64,000 bases of DNA from a virus, in IMG/VR virus record IMGVR_UViG_3300023180_005138, positions 1 to 64,000 of that record, one strand, 5' to 3'. A model generated the notes under the pieces. It searched no databases, was not told the origin of the DNA, and saw only the letters and a list, made by a program, of their open reading frames with translations. The translations under genes and the position numbers were made by a program. Positions within the stretch are counted from its first letter, which is position 1; every line of letters begins with the position of its first letter. Below, in pieces: positions 54,246 to 63,765 of the stretch.

Positions 54246-54404
54246 CGTCTTAGGAAAGTAGCGCACTCCGTGCGCCCGGCTGTGTCTCTCCGAGACAACG
54301 TGAATGAACATCTTAGGTCAGCGCTGTCCAACAGCTGTTCACCTGCGGTGGTATTTATTCACTAATTATGCACATAGAATAGCATACTTTTTGCCTTTCG
54401 GCAA
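54246..54404 (-). other. Non-coding GC-rich hairpin array (candidate sRNA or ssDNA-structured element)
   Basis: Minus-strand hairpins TTGCC-GAAA-GGCAA, CACC-GCA-GGTG, GCTG-TTGGA-CAGC, TGTCTC-GGA-GAGACA, GCGCAC-GGA-GTGCGC; CCTAAGA twice. Confidence 0.6.
54376..54404 (-). promoter_or_regulatory. Leftward sigma70-type promoter into hairpin array
   Basis: TTGCCG-17-TATTCT with extended TG. Confidence 0.55.
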
Positions 54405-54448
54405 GTATATAAAATTAAAATTTTATCGTTGCTCTTTCTGGTGCAACG

Positions 54449-54482
54449 CTGTCATAAAACTGTAACAAAACTGTGATATATT
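54449..54482 (+). promoter_or_regulatory. Pho box (three 11-bp direct repeats) with -10
   Basis: CTGTCATAAAA-CTGTAACAAAA-CTGTGATATAT; 18-bp box + 10 bp + TATATT. Confidence 0.8.
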
Positions 54483-54486
54483 TATA

Positions 54487-54933
54487 ATGAAACTAAAACA
54501 TATTCATGCTCATATGAAATCTGCTTTTAACTATGCAGAGTGTTCCACAGCCGTCCGTCTTCAGGTCGGCTGTGTTATTGTAAAAGAAGATCGTATTATT
54601 AGCATCGGATACAACGGTATGCCAAGTGGTTGGAACAACTGTTGCGAAGACACTGTATTTTTTCAAGGTGGCAAGCAATTAGTAGAGCCTATACTAAAAA
54701 CAAAACCAGAAGTACTACATGCAGAATCTAATGCTATAGCTAAACTAGCACGATCACCTGAGAGTGGAGAAGGAGCTGTAGCTTTTATTACCCACGCTCC
54801 TTGTTTAGATTGTGCAAAACTTTTGTATCAAGCTGGTATCTGTGAAGTATACTACTCTCATAGCTATAGACTCACAGATGGAATAGATTTTTTAAAACAG
54901 TGTAAGATTAAAGTTCATCAGGTAGAACTATGA
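54487..54933 (+). CDS. dCMP deaminase
   Basis: RLQVGCVIV, GYNGMPSG, HAESNAI, THAPCLDCAK. Confidence 0.93.
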   Translation: MKLKHIHAHMKSAFNYAECSTAVRLQVGCVIVKEDRIISIGYNGMPSGWNNCCEDTVFFQGGKQLVEPILKTKPEVLHAESNAIAKLARSPESGEGAVAFITHAPCLDCAKLLYQAGICEVYYSHSYRLTDGIDFLKQCKIKVHQVEL

Positions 54934-55166
54934 AAAGAGTGATGTTTTCTGCTAAATTAAGTGATGAACTTGCAGAAGAACTCACAGATGCTATAGTAGA
55001 GATGCTACAAGAGGAACCTGAGATAGAGATTAAAGATCTATCTCGTAGATTAAAAATAGAGACGATTAATCTTCCCTGGGGAGTTGATTCTCCCTTTGCC
55101 TATATATTTAAAGAAGATCAAAAAACCTGGTGTTGTCTCAAACCTCAATATAGAAAGAGAGACTAA
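54930..55166 (+). CDS. Hypothetical protein
   Basis: ATGA-coupled to dCMP deaminase. Confidence 0.55.
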   Translation: MKRVMFSAKLSDELAEELTDAIVEMLQEEPEIEIKDLSRRLKIETINLPWGVDSPFAYIFKEDQKTWCCLKPQYRKRD

Positions 55167-55168
55167 AA

Positions 55169-56128
55169 ATGGATGCAGTAACTATTTGGATGGCGATCGG
55201 ATTTCTCATGGCCGCATATAGTGTTATAGCAAACGATTCAGTCCAAACGCTTGGAACTTGGATTGCATCAAATAACGAACGATTCCACTGGACAGTTTTA
55301 TGGACCGCCTCTTCGGCGGTTTTGCTTTGGGCGCTATGGTTCGGTTGGTATATCAATGGAGGCGACATTTCATATGGTCGCCTAACTAAGATACCTTTCC
55401 AAGAGGTTCAATGGTATCATGCAGCTGCTCCAGCAATCCTTCTACTTCTAACTCGTGTGGGTGTCCCTGTCTCTACTTCCTTCCTCGTTCTCTCTGCATT
55501 TGCATCAACCTTTGTGTTAGAAAAGATGTTGATGAAATCTATCATGGGATATGCTGTAGCAGCTGTCACTGCCTACGCACTTTGGCATATCATTGCTCGA
55601 TTAATTAATGAAAAGAAGCCTATCGGTGATCACTGGAGTCGCCCATACTGGCGTGTAGCACAGTGGGTAACTACTGGTCTACTTTGGTGGACTTGGTTAT
55701 CACATGATATGGCAAACATTGCAGTGTTTCTTCCCAGACAAGTTCCATGGGATTTAATGATTATCATTTCAATCATCTTTGTCGCAGGACTAGGATGGAT
55801 GTTTATGGAACGTGGAGGTAAGATTCAAAATATTGTGTTAGAAAAATCTACAACACGATATATTAGATCAGCTACGTTAATTGATTTAGCGTATTTTGTT
55901 ATTCTCTACTTCTTCAAAGAACTCAATAATATTCCAATGTCAACCACATGGGTATTCGTTGGTCTACTGACAGGACGAGAACTAGCAATTGCTTCTGTAT
56001 ATAATACTAAGATGAAACAAATCTTTCCTTTAGTCACTCGTGATTTTATGAAAATGATGATTGGTCTTGGTGCTTCAGTAGGCATTGTACTATTAATTCA
56101 TTATGTAATTGTACCTAACGGTTACTAG
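55169..56128 (+). CDS. PiT-like inorganic phosphate transporter
   Basis: Multiple TM segments; IANDSVQTLG and SHDMANIA signature-like motifs, PVSTS and PMSTT repeats of the PiT fold. Confidence 0.7.
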   Translation: MDAVTIWMAIGFLMAAYSVIANDSVQTLGTWIASNNERFHWTVLWTASSAVLLWALWFGWYINGGDISYGRLTKIPFQEVQWYHAAAPAILLLLTRVGVPVSTSFLVLSAFASTFVLEKMLMKSIMGYAVAAVTAYALWHIIARLINEKKPIGDHWSRPYWRVAQWVTTGLLWWTWLSHDMANIAVFLPRQVPWDLMIIISIIFVAGLGWMFMERGGKIQNIVLEKSTTRYIRSATLIDLAYFVILYFFKELNNIPMSTTWVFVGLLTGRELAIASVYNTKMKQIFPLVTRDFMKMMIGLGASVGIVLLIHYVIVPNGY

Positions 56129-56160
56129 AATTTAAATTTAAATAGTTCTGGACAATTATG

Positions 56161-56196
56161 GGATAGTGTAGTAAAATACACTATCCTTAAATTTTT
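56161..56196 (+). terminator. Terminator closing Pho-box operon
   Basis: GGATAGTGTA-GTAAAA-TACACTATCC then TTAAATTTTT. Confidence 0.7.
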
Positions 56197-56208
56197 GGAG
56201 AAGCTAGA

Positions 56209-57177
56209 TTGAAAATTTTACACAGTGCCGACTGGCATATTAACCTACATAAGAAAAAAGTTCCCGCTAGTTGGAGTGCGAATCGTTTCAGACTTTTCTT
56301 TGAAGAGATTCATAAATTAGAAGAAACACATGATGTTCACTTCTTATCTGGTGATATTTTTGATAGAAAACCTGAACCAGATGAAATTTGTTTATTTCTT
56401 AGATTCGCAAATGCAGTAAAAATTCCAACCTATATTATCCCAGGAAACCATGAAGCTACGAAGAAAGGCGAAACATTCCTTGAACATTTCCATGAACAAC
56501 ATGCTATTACGAATCCAAACGTGGTTCTTATTACAAAAAATCAACGTGAAACTATACGGGGTCAAAGCGTATATTTCTATCCCTATGGAGAAATGCAAAA
56601 AGAAAATCTTCTGGATTTTGAGGGAGATGAAATTCTTGTTACTCATATTCGTGGAGAAGTACCGCCCCATATCACGGCTGAATATGATTTTGAAAAGCTT
56701 CGTCCCTGGAAACTCATACTTCTTGGTGACATACATTTTGCTCATCGTTACTTGGATTATCCTGCTTGGTATAGTGGTTCTCCGATGAATGTAAGTTTTG
56801 ATAGAGATGACTCTAGAGACTATGGAGTTAACTCTATTGATTTTAGATCTATTGATGATTATGAAGTATCTTTTCTACCACTAAAACTTCCAAAGCTAGT
56901 AAGAAAGACTCTACAAGTAGGAGAAGAAATGGTTCCTGATAATTTTAATCATGTAATATATGAAGTAACTGGTTCAGTAGATCAACTTGCTAAAGTACAA
57001 AACTCAGAACTACTTGATAAAAAGATTGCTCTAAAGCCAACTGAAAACTCAAAACTAGACTTAAAAAATATGAGTCTTATTGAAGAACTTAGAGCATATT
57101 TAGAATACACAAAAATTTCAAATACAGAAGAAATTATAAAAGACTTTCAAGACTTAAATATAAATGTTGGAACTTAA
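56209..57177 (+). CDS. Mre11/SbcD-like nuclease (T5 D12-like)
   Basis: ADWH, GDIFD, GNHE, GDIH, YSGSP; TTG start, SD GGAG. Confidence 0.92.
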   Translation: MKILHSADWHINLHKKKVPASWSANRFRLFFEEIHKLEETHDVHFLSGDIFDRKPEPDEICLFLRFANAVKIPTYIIPGNHEATKKGETFLEHFHEQHAITNPNVVLITKNQRETIRGQSVYFYPYGEMQKENLLDFEGDEILVTHIRGEVPPHITAEYDFEKLRPWKLILLGDIHFAHRYLDYPAWYSGSPMNVSFDRDDSRDYGVNSIDFRSIDDYEVSFLPLKLPKLVRKTLQVGEEMVPDNFNHVIYEVTGSVDQLAKVQNSELLDKKIALKPTENSKLDLKNMSLIEELRAYLEYTKISNTEEIIKDFQDLNINVGT

Positions 57178-57982
57178 TAGAGTATATTGGGAATATGATG
57201 ATAGAAACTGGTGGCGACCAACTCCATACTCTCAAGCAAAAGTAACTTGTCCTAGATATAAAAGATATGGACCTACAATAAGACATGATTTATTTACTCT
57301 TGTAGAAAAATTTGTAGAAAAGTATCCTAAATATAACTATTATATAGCTATGAGTGGCGGCATTGATTCTGAAATCACTGCTGAAACTTTTTTTCAATTA
57401 GGTGTACCCTTTGAAGCTGTCAGCTTATCGCTATTCGAAGCACAAAATGCACATGACTTAATATATGTAAAACATTTTTGTCAACAAAGAAGTATAAACT
57501 ATAATTTTATAGATTTAGATTTAACTGATTTTGTAAATAATGTAATACCAAAAGCAGTAGAGTTTGGACAGTTTACTAATTCTTTGAGTCAAGTTGCCTT
57601 AACATATCTTTTTGAATTTATGGATGAAAAAGATATTCTTATTTTTTCTGGACATAACCCTGACTTTTGTTTAAAAGGTATAGGATGGTGGGAAGACTCA
57701 CCAAACTTGGTAAAGTATGCAATAAATACTGATAATAATTTTTTTACTTTTACAAGTTTAGAACCTATTTTTATGCACTATCTAATAAACTACGACCCAA
57801 GGCAGCCTGGAGATAAAGATAATACTTTTATATATAACTGTTATCCTAATCTAAAAAAGAGAACAAAAAGAACTGGATGGGAAGTATTAGGGCATATTCA
57901 AGATAAATATAAAACACTATTAGACACTCCTGTATTACTAGGAAGTGATACATATGAACAGGTATTTTTAACATGGAAATAA
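57164..57982 (+). CDS. PP-loop family protein (third, divergent)
   Basis: IAMSGGIDSE, FC....I....IDL. Confidence 0.7.
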   Translation: MLELNRVYWEYDDRNWWRPTPYSQAKVTCPRYKRYGPTIRHDLFTLVEKFVEKYPKYNYYIAMSGGIDSEITAETFFQLGVPFEAVSLSLFEAQNAHDLIYVKHFCQQRSINYNFIDLDLTDFVNNVIPKAVEFGQFTNSLSQVALTYLFEFMDEKDILIFSGHNPDFCLKGIGWWEDSPNLVKYAINTDNNFFTFTSLEPIFMHYLINYDPRQPGDKDNTFIYNCYPNLKKRTKRTGWEVLGHIQDKYKTLLDTPVLLGSDTYEQVFLTWK

Positions 57983-59799
57983 CATTAGAATCATTAAAAT
58001 TTAATAATATGTTTAGCTATGGAAATGATAATGAATTATCAATAAATAGCAATAAAATTACACAACTTACTGCTCCTAATGGAAGCGGTAAATCTACTAT
58101 TGCATTAATCATACAAGAACTGCTATTTTCTAAAAATATTAAGAATATTAAAAAAGGTGATATTTTAAATAGATACTCTAATGTAAAAGAATGGAACGGA
58201 TCTATTGAATTTAAAGTAAATGCTAAATCTTATAAAATAGACGTTAAAAGAGTAGGAGCCTCTTCTAAGGTTGCTCTTTATGAAAATGGAACGGATATTT
58301 CAGATCACAAAGTCCCTGATACCTACAAAAAAATAGCTTCTATTTTAGGAATGGACTTTGAAGTATTTTCTCAATTAACATATCAAAGCTCAACAGACTT
58401 ACTAGACTTTATTAAGGCAACTGATACAAACCGTAAAAAATTCTTAATTAACCTCTTTGGATTAGAAAAATATATAGGAATAGGAGATGCTCTTAAAGTA
58501 TCGCTATCTTCCCTAGAAAAAGATCTTGCTGGTAAAAATGGTGAAATGAAAACTGTTAAAGCTTTCTTAGAAGAGACTCAAATAGGAAGAGCAAAAAACT
58601 TAATTGAAGTACCAGAAGTAGATGATAGATTACGTCAAAGTATTGCTAGACTAAAAAACGAACTAGAAGATTACGAAGATCAATGTAAAAAGATTGATAG
58701 AAATAATTCCTTAATTGAGGATAGAGATTCTTTAAAATTTGATGTGTCATTAAAATCTCCCAAAATAAATGAGACGCTTTCTGACGAGTTAGAAACCGCA
58801 AAAAATGATGTATCAAAGAGAAAAAATCATATCTCTAACGTAAATAAACAACTTAAGGACATAGATACAGCCGATAAATGTTATGTGTGCGGACAGCAAA
58901 TCGACAATACGCATTCAATGCTTATGAAGGCTAATCTTGAAGAAGATTTATTCTCTTCTAAAAAAGAACTAGAAATTGAAGAACAAAAGTTACAAGAATT
59001 ACAAAAAACATTAGATGACTATCTTAAACTTGATAAAGAATATAGCAGAAACTTAGCTGCAATTGACAAGTTTGAGAATCTAACTCAAATTATTGATTCA
59101 TCTCTACCTGTAGAATATCCAGACTATACTCAAATAGAAACAGAAGCAAAGAAATTGTCAAAAACTCTTTTTGAACAAGAAAAAGAAAGAGACTTTGCTA
59201 TGGAACATAATGAACAAGTTAAGATTCATAATACTAAATTGGAAGCCCTGCAGGAACAAAAACGACAATTTTTAGTTAGACAACAGCTGTTAAATAATGA
59301 TATAATTTCTTTAACTTCAAAAATTAAAAATATAACAATTTTAAGAAAAGCATTTAGCACAACAGGTATTGTAGCGTTCAAACTTGAAAATCTAACAAAA
59401 GAACTTGAAGATACTATTAATAGATATTTATCAGAATTATCTGATGGTAAATTTCAAGTAGTTTTCAGACTAGAAGGCGAAAAACTAAATATTGTTGTAG
59501 TTAATGATGGAAAAGAGACTCCTATAGAAACCGTCTCTGGAGGAGAGTTTAGTAGAATACAAACTGCTATTCTTCTTTCTATAAGAAGCCTACTATCTAA
59601 AATAGGCGGAAATTATATCAATTTGCTGTTCTTAGATGAAATAACTGGTGTTTTAGATGATGCCGGTAAGGAAAAACTTATTGATATTTTACAAGAGGAA
59701 GAGAACTTAAATGTGTTTTTGATATCTCATGATTTTACACATCCTCTAATAGAAAAAGTTTCAATATTAAAAGAAAATAATGTAAGTCACATAGAATAG
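57973..59799 (+). CDS. Rad50/SbcC-like ATPase (T5 D13-like)
   Basis: PNGSGKS, Q-loop, coiled coil with CYVCG hook, SGGE, FLDE, ISH. Confidence 0.93.
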   Translation: MEITLESLKFNNMFSYGNDNELSINSNKITQLTAPNGSGKSTIALIIQELLFSKNIKNIKKGDILNRYSNVKEWNGSIEFKVNAKSYKIDVKRVGASSKVALYENGTDISDHKVPDTYKKIASILGMDFEVFSQLTYQSSTDLLDFIKATDTNRKKFLINLFGLEKYIGIGDALKVSLSSLEKDLAGKNGEMKTVKAFLEETQIGRAKNLIEVPEVDDRLRQSIARLKNELEDYEDQCKKIDRNNSLIEDRDSLKFDVSLKSPKINETLSDELETAKNDVSKRKNHISNVNKQLKDIDTADKCYVCGQQIDNTHSMLMKANLEEDLFSSKKELEIEEQKLQELQKTLDDYLKLDKEYSRNLAAIDKFENLTQIIDSSLPVEYPDYTQIETEAKKLSKTLFEQEKERDFAMEHNEQVKIHNTKLEALQEQKRQFLVRQQLLNNDIISLTSKIKNITILRKAFSTTGIVAFKLENLTKELEDTINRYLSELSDGKFQVVFRLEGEKLNIVVVNDGKETPIETVSGGEFSRIQTAILLSIRSLLSKIGGNYINLLFLDEITGVLDDAGKEKLIDILQEEENLNVFLISHDFTHPLIEKVSILKENNVSHIE

Positions 59800-59811
59800 G
59801 AGAAAAATATA

Positions 59812-62112
59812 GTGTCAAACATAGAGGTAATAAAAAGAGATGGTAATAAAGAGTCTCTTAATCTAGAAAAGTTACATAAGATGACTTTTGAAGCCTGTGA
59901 TGGATTAAGTGGAGTTTCTGCGTCACAGATTGAAATGAATTCTGGTATTCAAATTTTTGATGGTATTACAACTAAAGATATTCAAGATATTTTAGTTAAA
60001 AGTGCTGCTGATCTAATTTCTTTAGACACACCAAACTATCAGTTTGCAGCTGCCAGACTACTTCTTTTTGCGCTTAGAAAAGAAGTAATGGGTCAGTTTG
60101 AATATATTTCTTTATCAGAAATGATTAATAGAAATATTAAGCATGGTGTCTATGATAGTACTATACTAGAGTGGTACTCTGCAAAAGAGATTGAAAAACT
60201 TGATTCTTATGTTAAACATCAACGTGACTTCGACTTTACATATGCTGGACTACGACAAGTAGTAGATAAATATTTAGTACAAGATCGTTCTAGCGGTCAG
60301 ATATATGAAACTCCACAATTTATGTATATTATGATTGCTGCAACTATGTTTGCACAATATCCGAAAGAGACTAGATTATCCTATGTTAAAAAATACTATG
60401 ATGCTATTTCTACATTTAAAATTAATATCCCAACTCCTGTTATGGCAGGCGTTCGCACTCCTATCAGGCAGTTTGCTTCTTGTGTTCTCGTTGATGCTGA
60501 TGATACTCTTCAGTCCATATTTAGTTCTGATATGGCTATCGGATACTATACAGCACAAAGAGCTGGAATTGGTATCAACTCTGGAAGAATTAGAGCGATC
60601 AATTCGAAAATTAGAGACGGAGAAGTACAACATACAGGGGTCATTCCTTTCCTTAAGAAATTTGAAAGTACAGTTCGTTGTTGTACTCAAAACGGTGTAC
60701 GCGGAGGCTCTGCGACAGTACATTTTCCTATTTGGCACAGAGAAATCGAAGACATTCTGGTACTAAAAAACAATAAAGGAACTGAAGATAATCGTGTTCG
60801 TAAGTTAGACTACTCTATTCAAATTTCTAAGTTATTTTATGAACGTTTTATTGAGGATAAACAAATCTCTTTATTTTCTCCTCACGATGTTCCTGGTCTA
60901 TATGAGGCTTTTGGCACTGATAAGTTTGATGAACTTTATGAAAAATATGAACGCGCTTATTCAATTCCTAAAAAGAAAGTTAAAGCTCAAGATATATTTA
61001 TGGCATTATTAAAAGAAAGAGCAGAAACTGGTCGTATCTATATTATGAATCTAGATCATTGTAATTCTCACTCATCTTTTAAAGACAAAGTATATATGTC
61101 TAATCTGTGCCAAGAAATTACGTTACCTACGAAACCGATTCAACACATTGATGATAAGAATGGAGAAATTGCTCTTTGTATCTTAAGTGCTCTAAACTTA
61201 GGTAAAATTAGTAAGCTAGATGAAATGGAAGAACTTGCTGATATAGCAGTTCGTGCGTTAGACGAACTAATAGATTTTCAAGGATACCCAGTCGATGCTG
61301 CAGAAAAGTCTACAAAAGCTAGACGTTCATTAGGTGTAGGATATATCGGAGTAGCACATTACTTAGCTAAGAATAAAGTAAAATATGATTCTCCAGAAGC
61401 TTGGCAGCTTATGCATGATACTACAGAAGCATTTCAATATTACTTAATTAAGGCTTCTGTGAATCTTGCTAAAGAAAAAGGAGCTTGTGAGTATTTTAAT
61501 CGTACAAAGTATTATGATGGTATTTTACCTATTGATACATATAAGAAGGAAGTTGACGCTCTTATTCGTGACCCCTCTTTAAAGTATGATTGGGAAAGAT
61601 TGAGAGAAGAAATTTGTAGGCATGGAATGAGACACTCTACTCTTACAGCACAAATGCCTTCAGAATCTTCTTCTGTTGTGTCAAACGCTACTAACGGTAT
61701 TGAGCCTCCACGAGGATACCTATCTGTTAAGAAATCTAAAAAAGGACCTCTGAAACAGATTGTTCCTGGATACTATCATTATAGAAACTATTATACCCTA
61801 TTATGGGATATGCCAAGTAATGATGGATATATTAACATTGTAGCCGTAATGCAAAAATTCTTTGATCAAGCTATTAGTGGAAACTGGAGTTATAATCCAG
61901 AAAATTATGAAGATAATGAGGTTCCGTTATCTGTAATGGCTAAAGATTTATTAAATACTTATAAACTAGGGTGGAAAACTTCTTATTATCAAAATACTTA
62001 TGATGCTAAGAAAGACGAAGATGAAGAGCCAAAACATAATATTGGCTGGCATGATGAAACAGATTTACCAAAATTAGAAGACCCAGAAGATTGTGAAAGC
62101 TGCACTATATGA
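59812..62112 (+). CDS. nrdA: Ribonucleotide reductase class Ia alpha subunit with ATP cone
   Basis: VIKRDG ATP cone, PTPVMAG, SCV, SNLCQEI, PSESSS, C-terminal CESC; GTG start. Confidence 0.97.
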   Translation: MSNIEVIKRDGNKESLNLEKLHKMTFEACDGLSGVSASQIEMNSGIQIFDGITTKDIQDILVKSAADLISLDTPNYQFAAARLLLFALRKEVMGQFEYISLSEMINRNIKHGVYDSTILEWYSAKEIEKLDSYVKHQRDFDFTYAGLRQVVDKYLVQDRSSGQIYETPQFMYIMIAATMFAQYPKETRLSYVKKYYDAISTFKINIPTPVMAGVRTPIRQFASCVLVDADDTLQSIFSSDMAIGYYTAQRAGIGINSGRIRAINSKIRDGEVQHTGVIPFLKKFESTVRCCTQNGVRGGSATVHFPIWHREIEDILVLKNNKGTEDNRVRKLDYSIQISKLFYERFIEDKQISLFSPHDVPGLYEAFGTDKFDELYEKYERAYSIPKKKVKAQDIFMALLKERAETGRIYIMNLDHCNSHSSFKDKVYMSNLCQEITLPTKPIQHIDDKNGEIALCILSALNLGKISKLDEMEELADIAVRALDELIDFQGYPVDAAEKSTKARRSLGVGYIGVAHYLAKNKVKYDSPEAWQLMHDTTEAFQYYLIKASVNLAKEKGACEYFNRTKYYDGILPIDTYKKEVDALIRDPSLKYDWERLREEICRHGMRHSTLTAQMPSESSSVVSNATNGIEPPRGYLSVKKSKKGPLKQIVPGYYHYRNYYTLLWDMPSNDGYINIVAVMQKFFDQAISGNWSYNPENYEDNEVPLSVMAKDLLNTYKLGWKTSYYQNTYDAKKDEDEEPKHNIGWHDETDLPKLEDPEDCESCTI

Positions 62113-62681
62113 AAAAGATAATATTTTTTAACGGACCTCCTAGATGTGGTAAAGATACTGCATCTAACGGTCTCCTATCTCATTATGAAAAATCAGAAAA
62201 TATTAAGTTTTCAGAGTCTTTAAAATCTTCTTTGCCTAAGTTTTTTGGTATTTCCGATGACTATGTAAGTGCCCTAGAAAATCATAAAGAGTTTCCTCTC
62301 GAAATTTTATTAGGCAAAACTTGGAGAGAGGTGCAGATCTCTTTATCTGAGTATTGGGCTAAACCAATATTCGGTAAAGATGTATTTGGTAGAATAGCAT
62401 CTAATAGAATAAAACACTCTAATAATGAAATTTTTTTTATTAGTGATAGCGGATTCTATGAAGAAGCCCATACTTTAGTAGAAGATTTTGGAGTAAAAAA
62501 TTGTTTACTAATAAGAGTAAAGCGAGAAGGTTACGATTTTTCGTCAGATAGTAGAAGTTACTGGAATAATATTGATGACATTTATGAAACAGCAGTGTAT
62601 AATAATAAAGATATAAATTCTTTAATAGAAACATGTATTAAAGAAATAAATAGGTGGCTAAATAATGACAACAGTTTTTAA
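62109..62681 (+). CDS. Deoxynucleoside monophosphate kinase-like P-loop protein
   Basis: NGPPRCGKDT, R..QI..SE, ISDSGF.EE. Confidence 0.75.
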   Translation: MKKIIFFNGPPRCGKDTASNGLLSHYEKSENIKFSESLKSSLPKFFGISDDYVSALENHKEFPLEILLGKTWREVQISLSEYWAKPIFGKDVFGRIASNRIKHSNNEIFFISDSGFYEEAHTLVEDFGVKNCLLIRVKREGYDFSSDSRSYWNNIDDIYETAVYNNKDINSLIETCIKEINRWLNNDNSF

Positions 62682-63765
62682 TAAGAATAAAATAGATTTT
62701 ACTAAACAGCCTATGTTCTTTGGAGAAGAGTTAAATTCTCAAAGATACGATGCTTTTAAGTATCCAATTTTTGATAAGCTAACGCAAAGTCAGCTTGGAT
62801 ATTTTTGGCGCCCAGAAGAAGTATCTCTTCAAAAAGATCGTAATGATTATAATGAACTTAGAGAAGAACAAAAATTTATTTTTACTTCTAATCTAAAATA
62901 TCAAACGCTGTTAGATTCTGTTCAAGGTAGAGGACCTGCGCTAGCTTTTATACCTTTCTGTACTCTTCCAGAACTAGAAGCTTGTATGATTACTTGGGAC
63001 TTTTTTGAGACTATCCATAGTCGTTCATATACGCATATAATGAAAAATGTGTATTCTAATCCTAGTGAAGTATTTGATACTATTCTAGATGACCCTATGA
63101 TTATTGAAAGAGCTGAAAGCGTAACTAAAACCTACGATGATTTTATTGAGTATGGAAACCGTTTTAAGCTTGGATTAGTAAATGATACTAGAGAACTTAA
63201 AAAGAGGCTCTGGTTAGCTTTAATTAATGTTAATATACTAGAAGGAATTAGATTTTATGTAAGTTTTGCTTGTACTTTTGCCTTTGGCGAACTAAAACTG
63301 ATGGAAGGTAGTGCTAAAATTATTTCGCTGATTGCTAGAGATGAATCTCAGCACCTTGCTATTACTCAGCATATTATTAAAAACTATCGTGCTGCTGAAG
63401 GTGATTCAGAGATGCGAGAAGTTATTAAAGAATGCACTCCTACTGTTTATCAGATGTATAAAGATGCAGTTGCGGAAGAAAAACGTTGGGCTGAGTATCT
63501 TTTTGAACATGGTTCAATGGTAGGACTAAACGCAAAACTTTTATCAGATTATGTAGAGTGGGTTGCCAATAAACGTATGAAAGCTATTGGATTAGAAGCA
63601 ATATTTAGTCAGAAAACTAATAATAACCCACTTCCTTGGACACAACATTGGTTAAATTCAAGAGAACTTCAAAATGCTCCTCAAGAGACAGAAATTGAAT
63701 CCTACATAGTAGGAGGAATTAAACAAGACATTAATAAAAATACCTTTGAAGGATTTAAACTATGA
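62665..63765 (+). CDS. nrdB: Ribonucleotide reductase class Ia beta subunit
   Basis: FWRPEEV, DSVQGR, ETIHSRSY, EGIRFY, DESQH. Confidence 0.97.
   Translation: MTTVFNKNKIDFTKQPMFFGEELNSQRYDAFKYPIFDKLTQSQLGYFWRPEEVSLQKDRNDYNELREEQKFIFTSNLKYQTLLDSVQGRGPALAFIPFCTLPELEACMITWDFFETIHSRSYTHIMKNVYSNPSEVFDTILDDPMIIERAESVTKTYDDFIEYGNRFKLGLVNDTRELKKRLWLALINVNILEGIRFYVSFACTFAFGELKLMEGSAKIISLIARDESQHLAITQHIIKNYRAAEGDSEMREVIKECTPTVYQMYKDAVAEEKRWAEYLFEHGSMVGLNAKLLSDYVEWVANKRMKAIGLEAIFSQKTNNNPLPWTQHWLNSRELQNAPQETEIESYIVGGIKQDINKNTFEGFKL

Noticed and set aside
54270-54280. GTGCGCCCGGC resembles a group IIC intron 5' end
   Set aside because: No following domain I motifs, no domain V, no RT ORF; the sequence is explained as a hairpin arm
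54246-54370. Known riboswitch or ribozyme (c-di-GMP-I, ZTP, hammerhead, pistol, twister) or canonical CsrB/RsmZ
   Set aside because: Core consensus elements (GCAAA/GAAA pair, CUGANGA, same-strand pseudoknot partners, CANGGANG hexaloops) not found; kept only as an unnamed element
54427-54448. Inverted repeat CGTTGC-N10-GCAACG containing TGGTGCA (NtrC-like half site)
   Set aside because: One base short of the 17-bp NtrC consensus and no sigma54 motif nearby
44295-63765. Introns, inteins or homing endonucleases in polA, helicases or nrdAB
   Set aside because: Proteins have normal lengths and continuous motifs; no HNH/GIY-YIG/LAGLIDADG ORF seen
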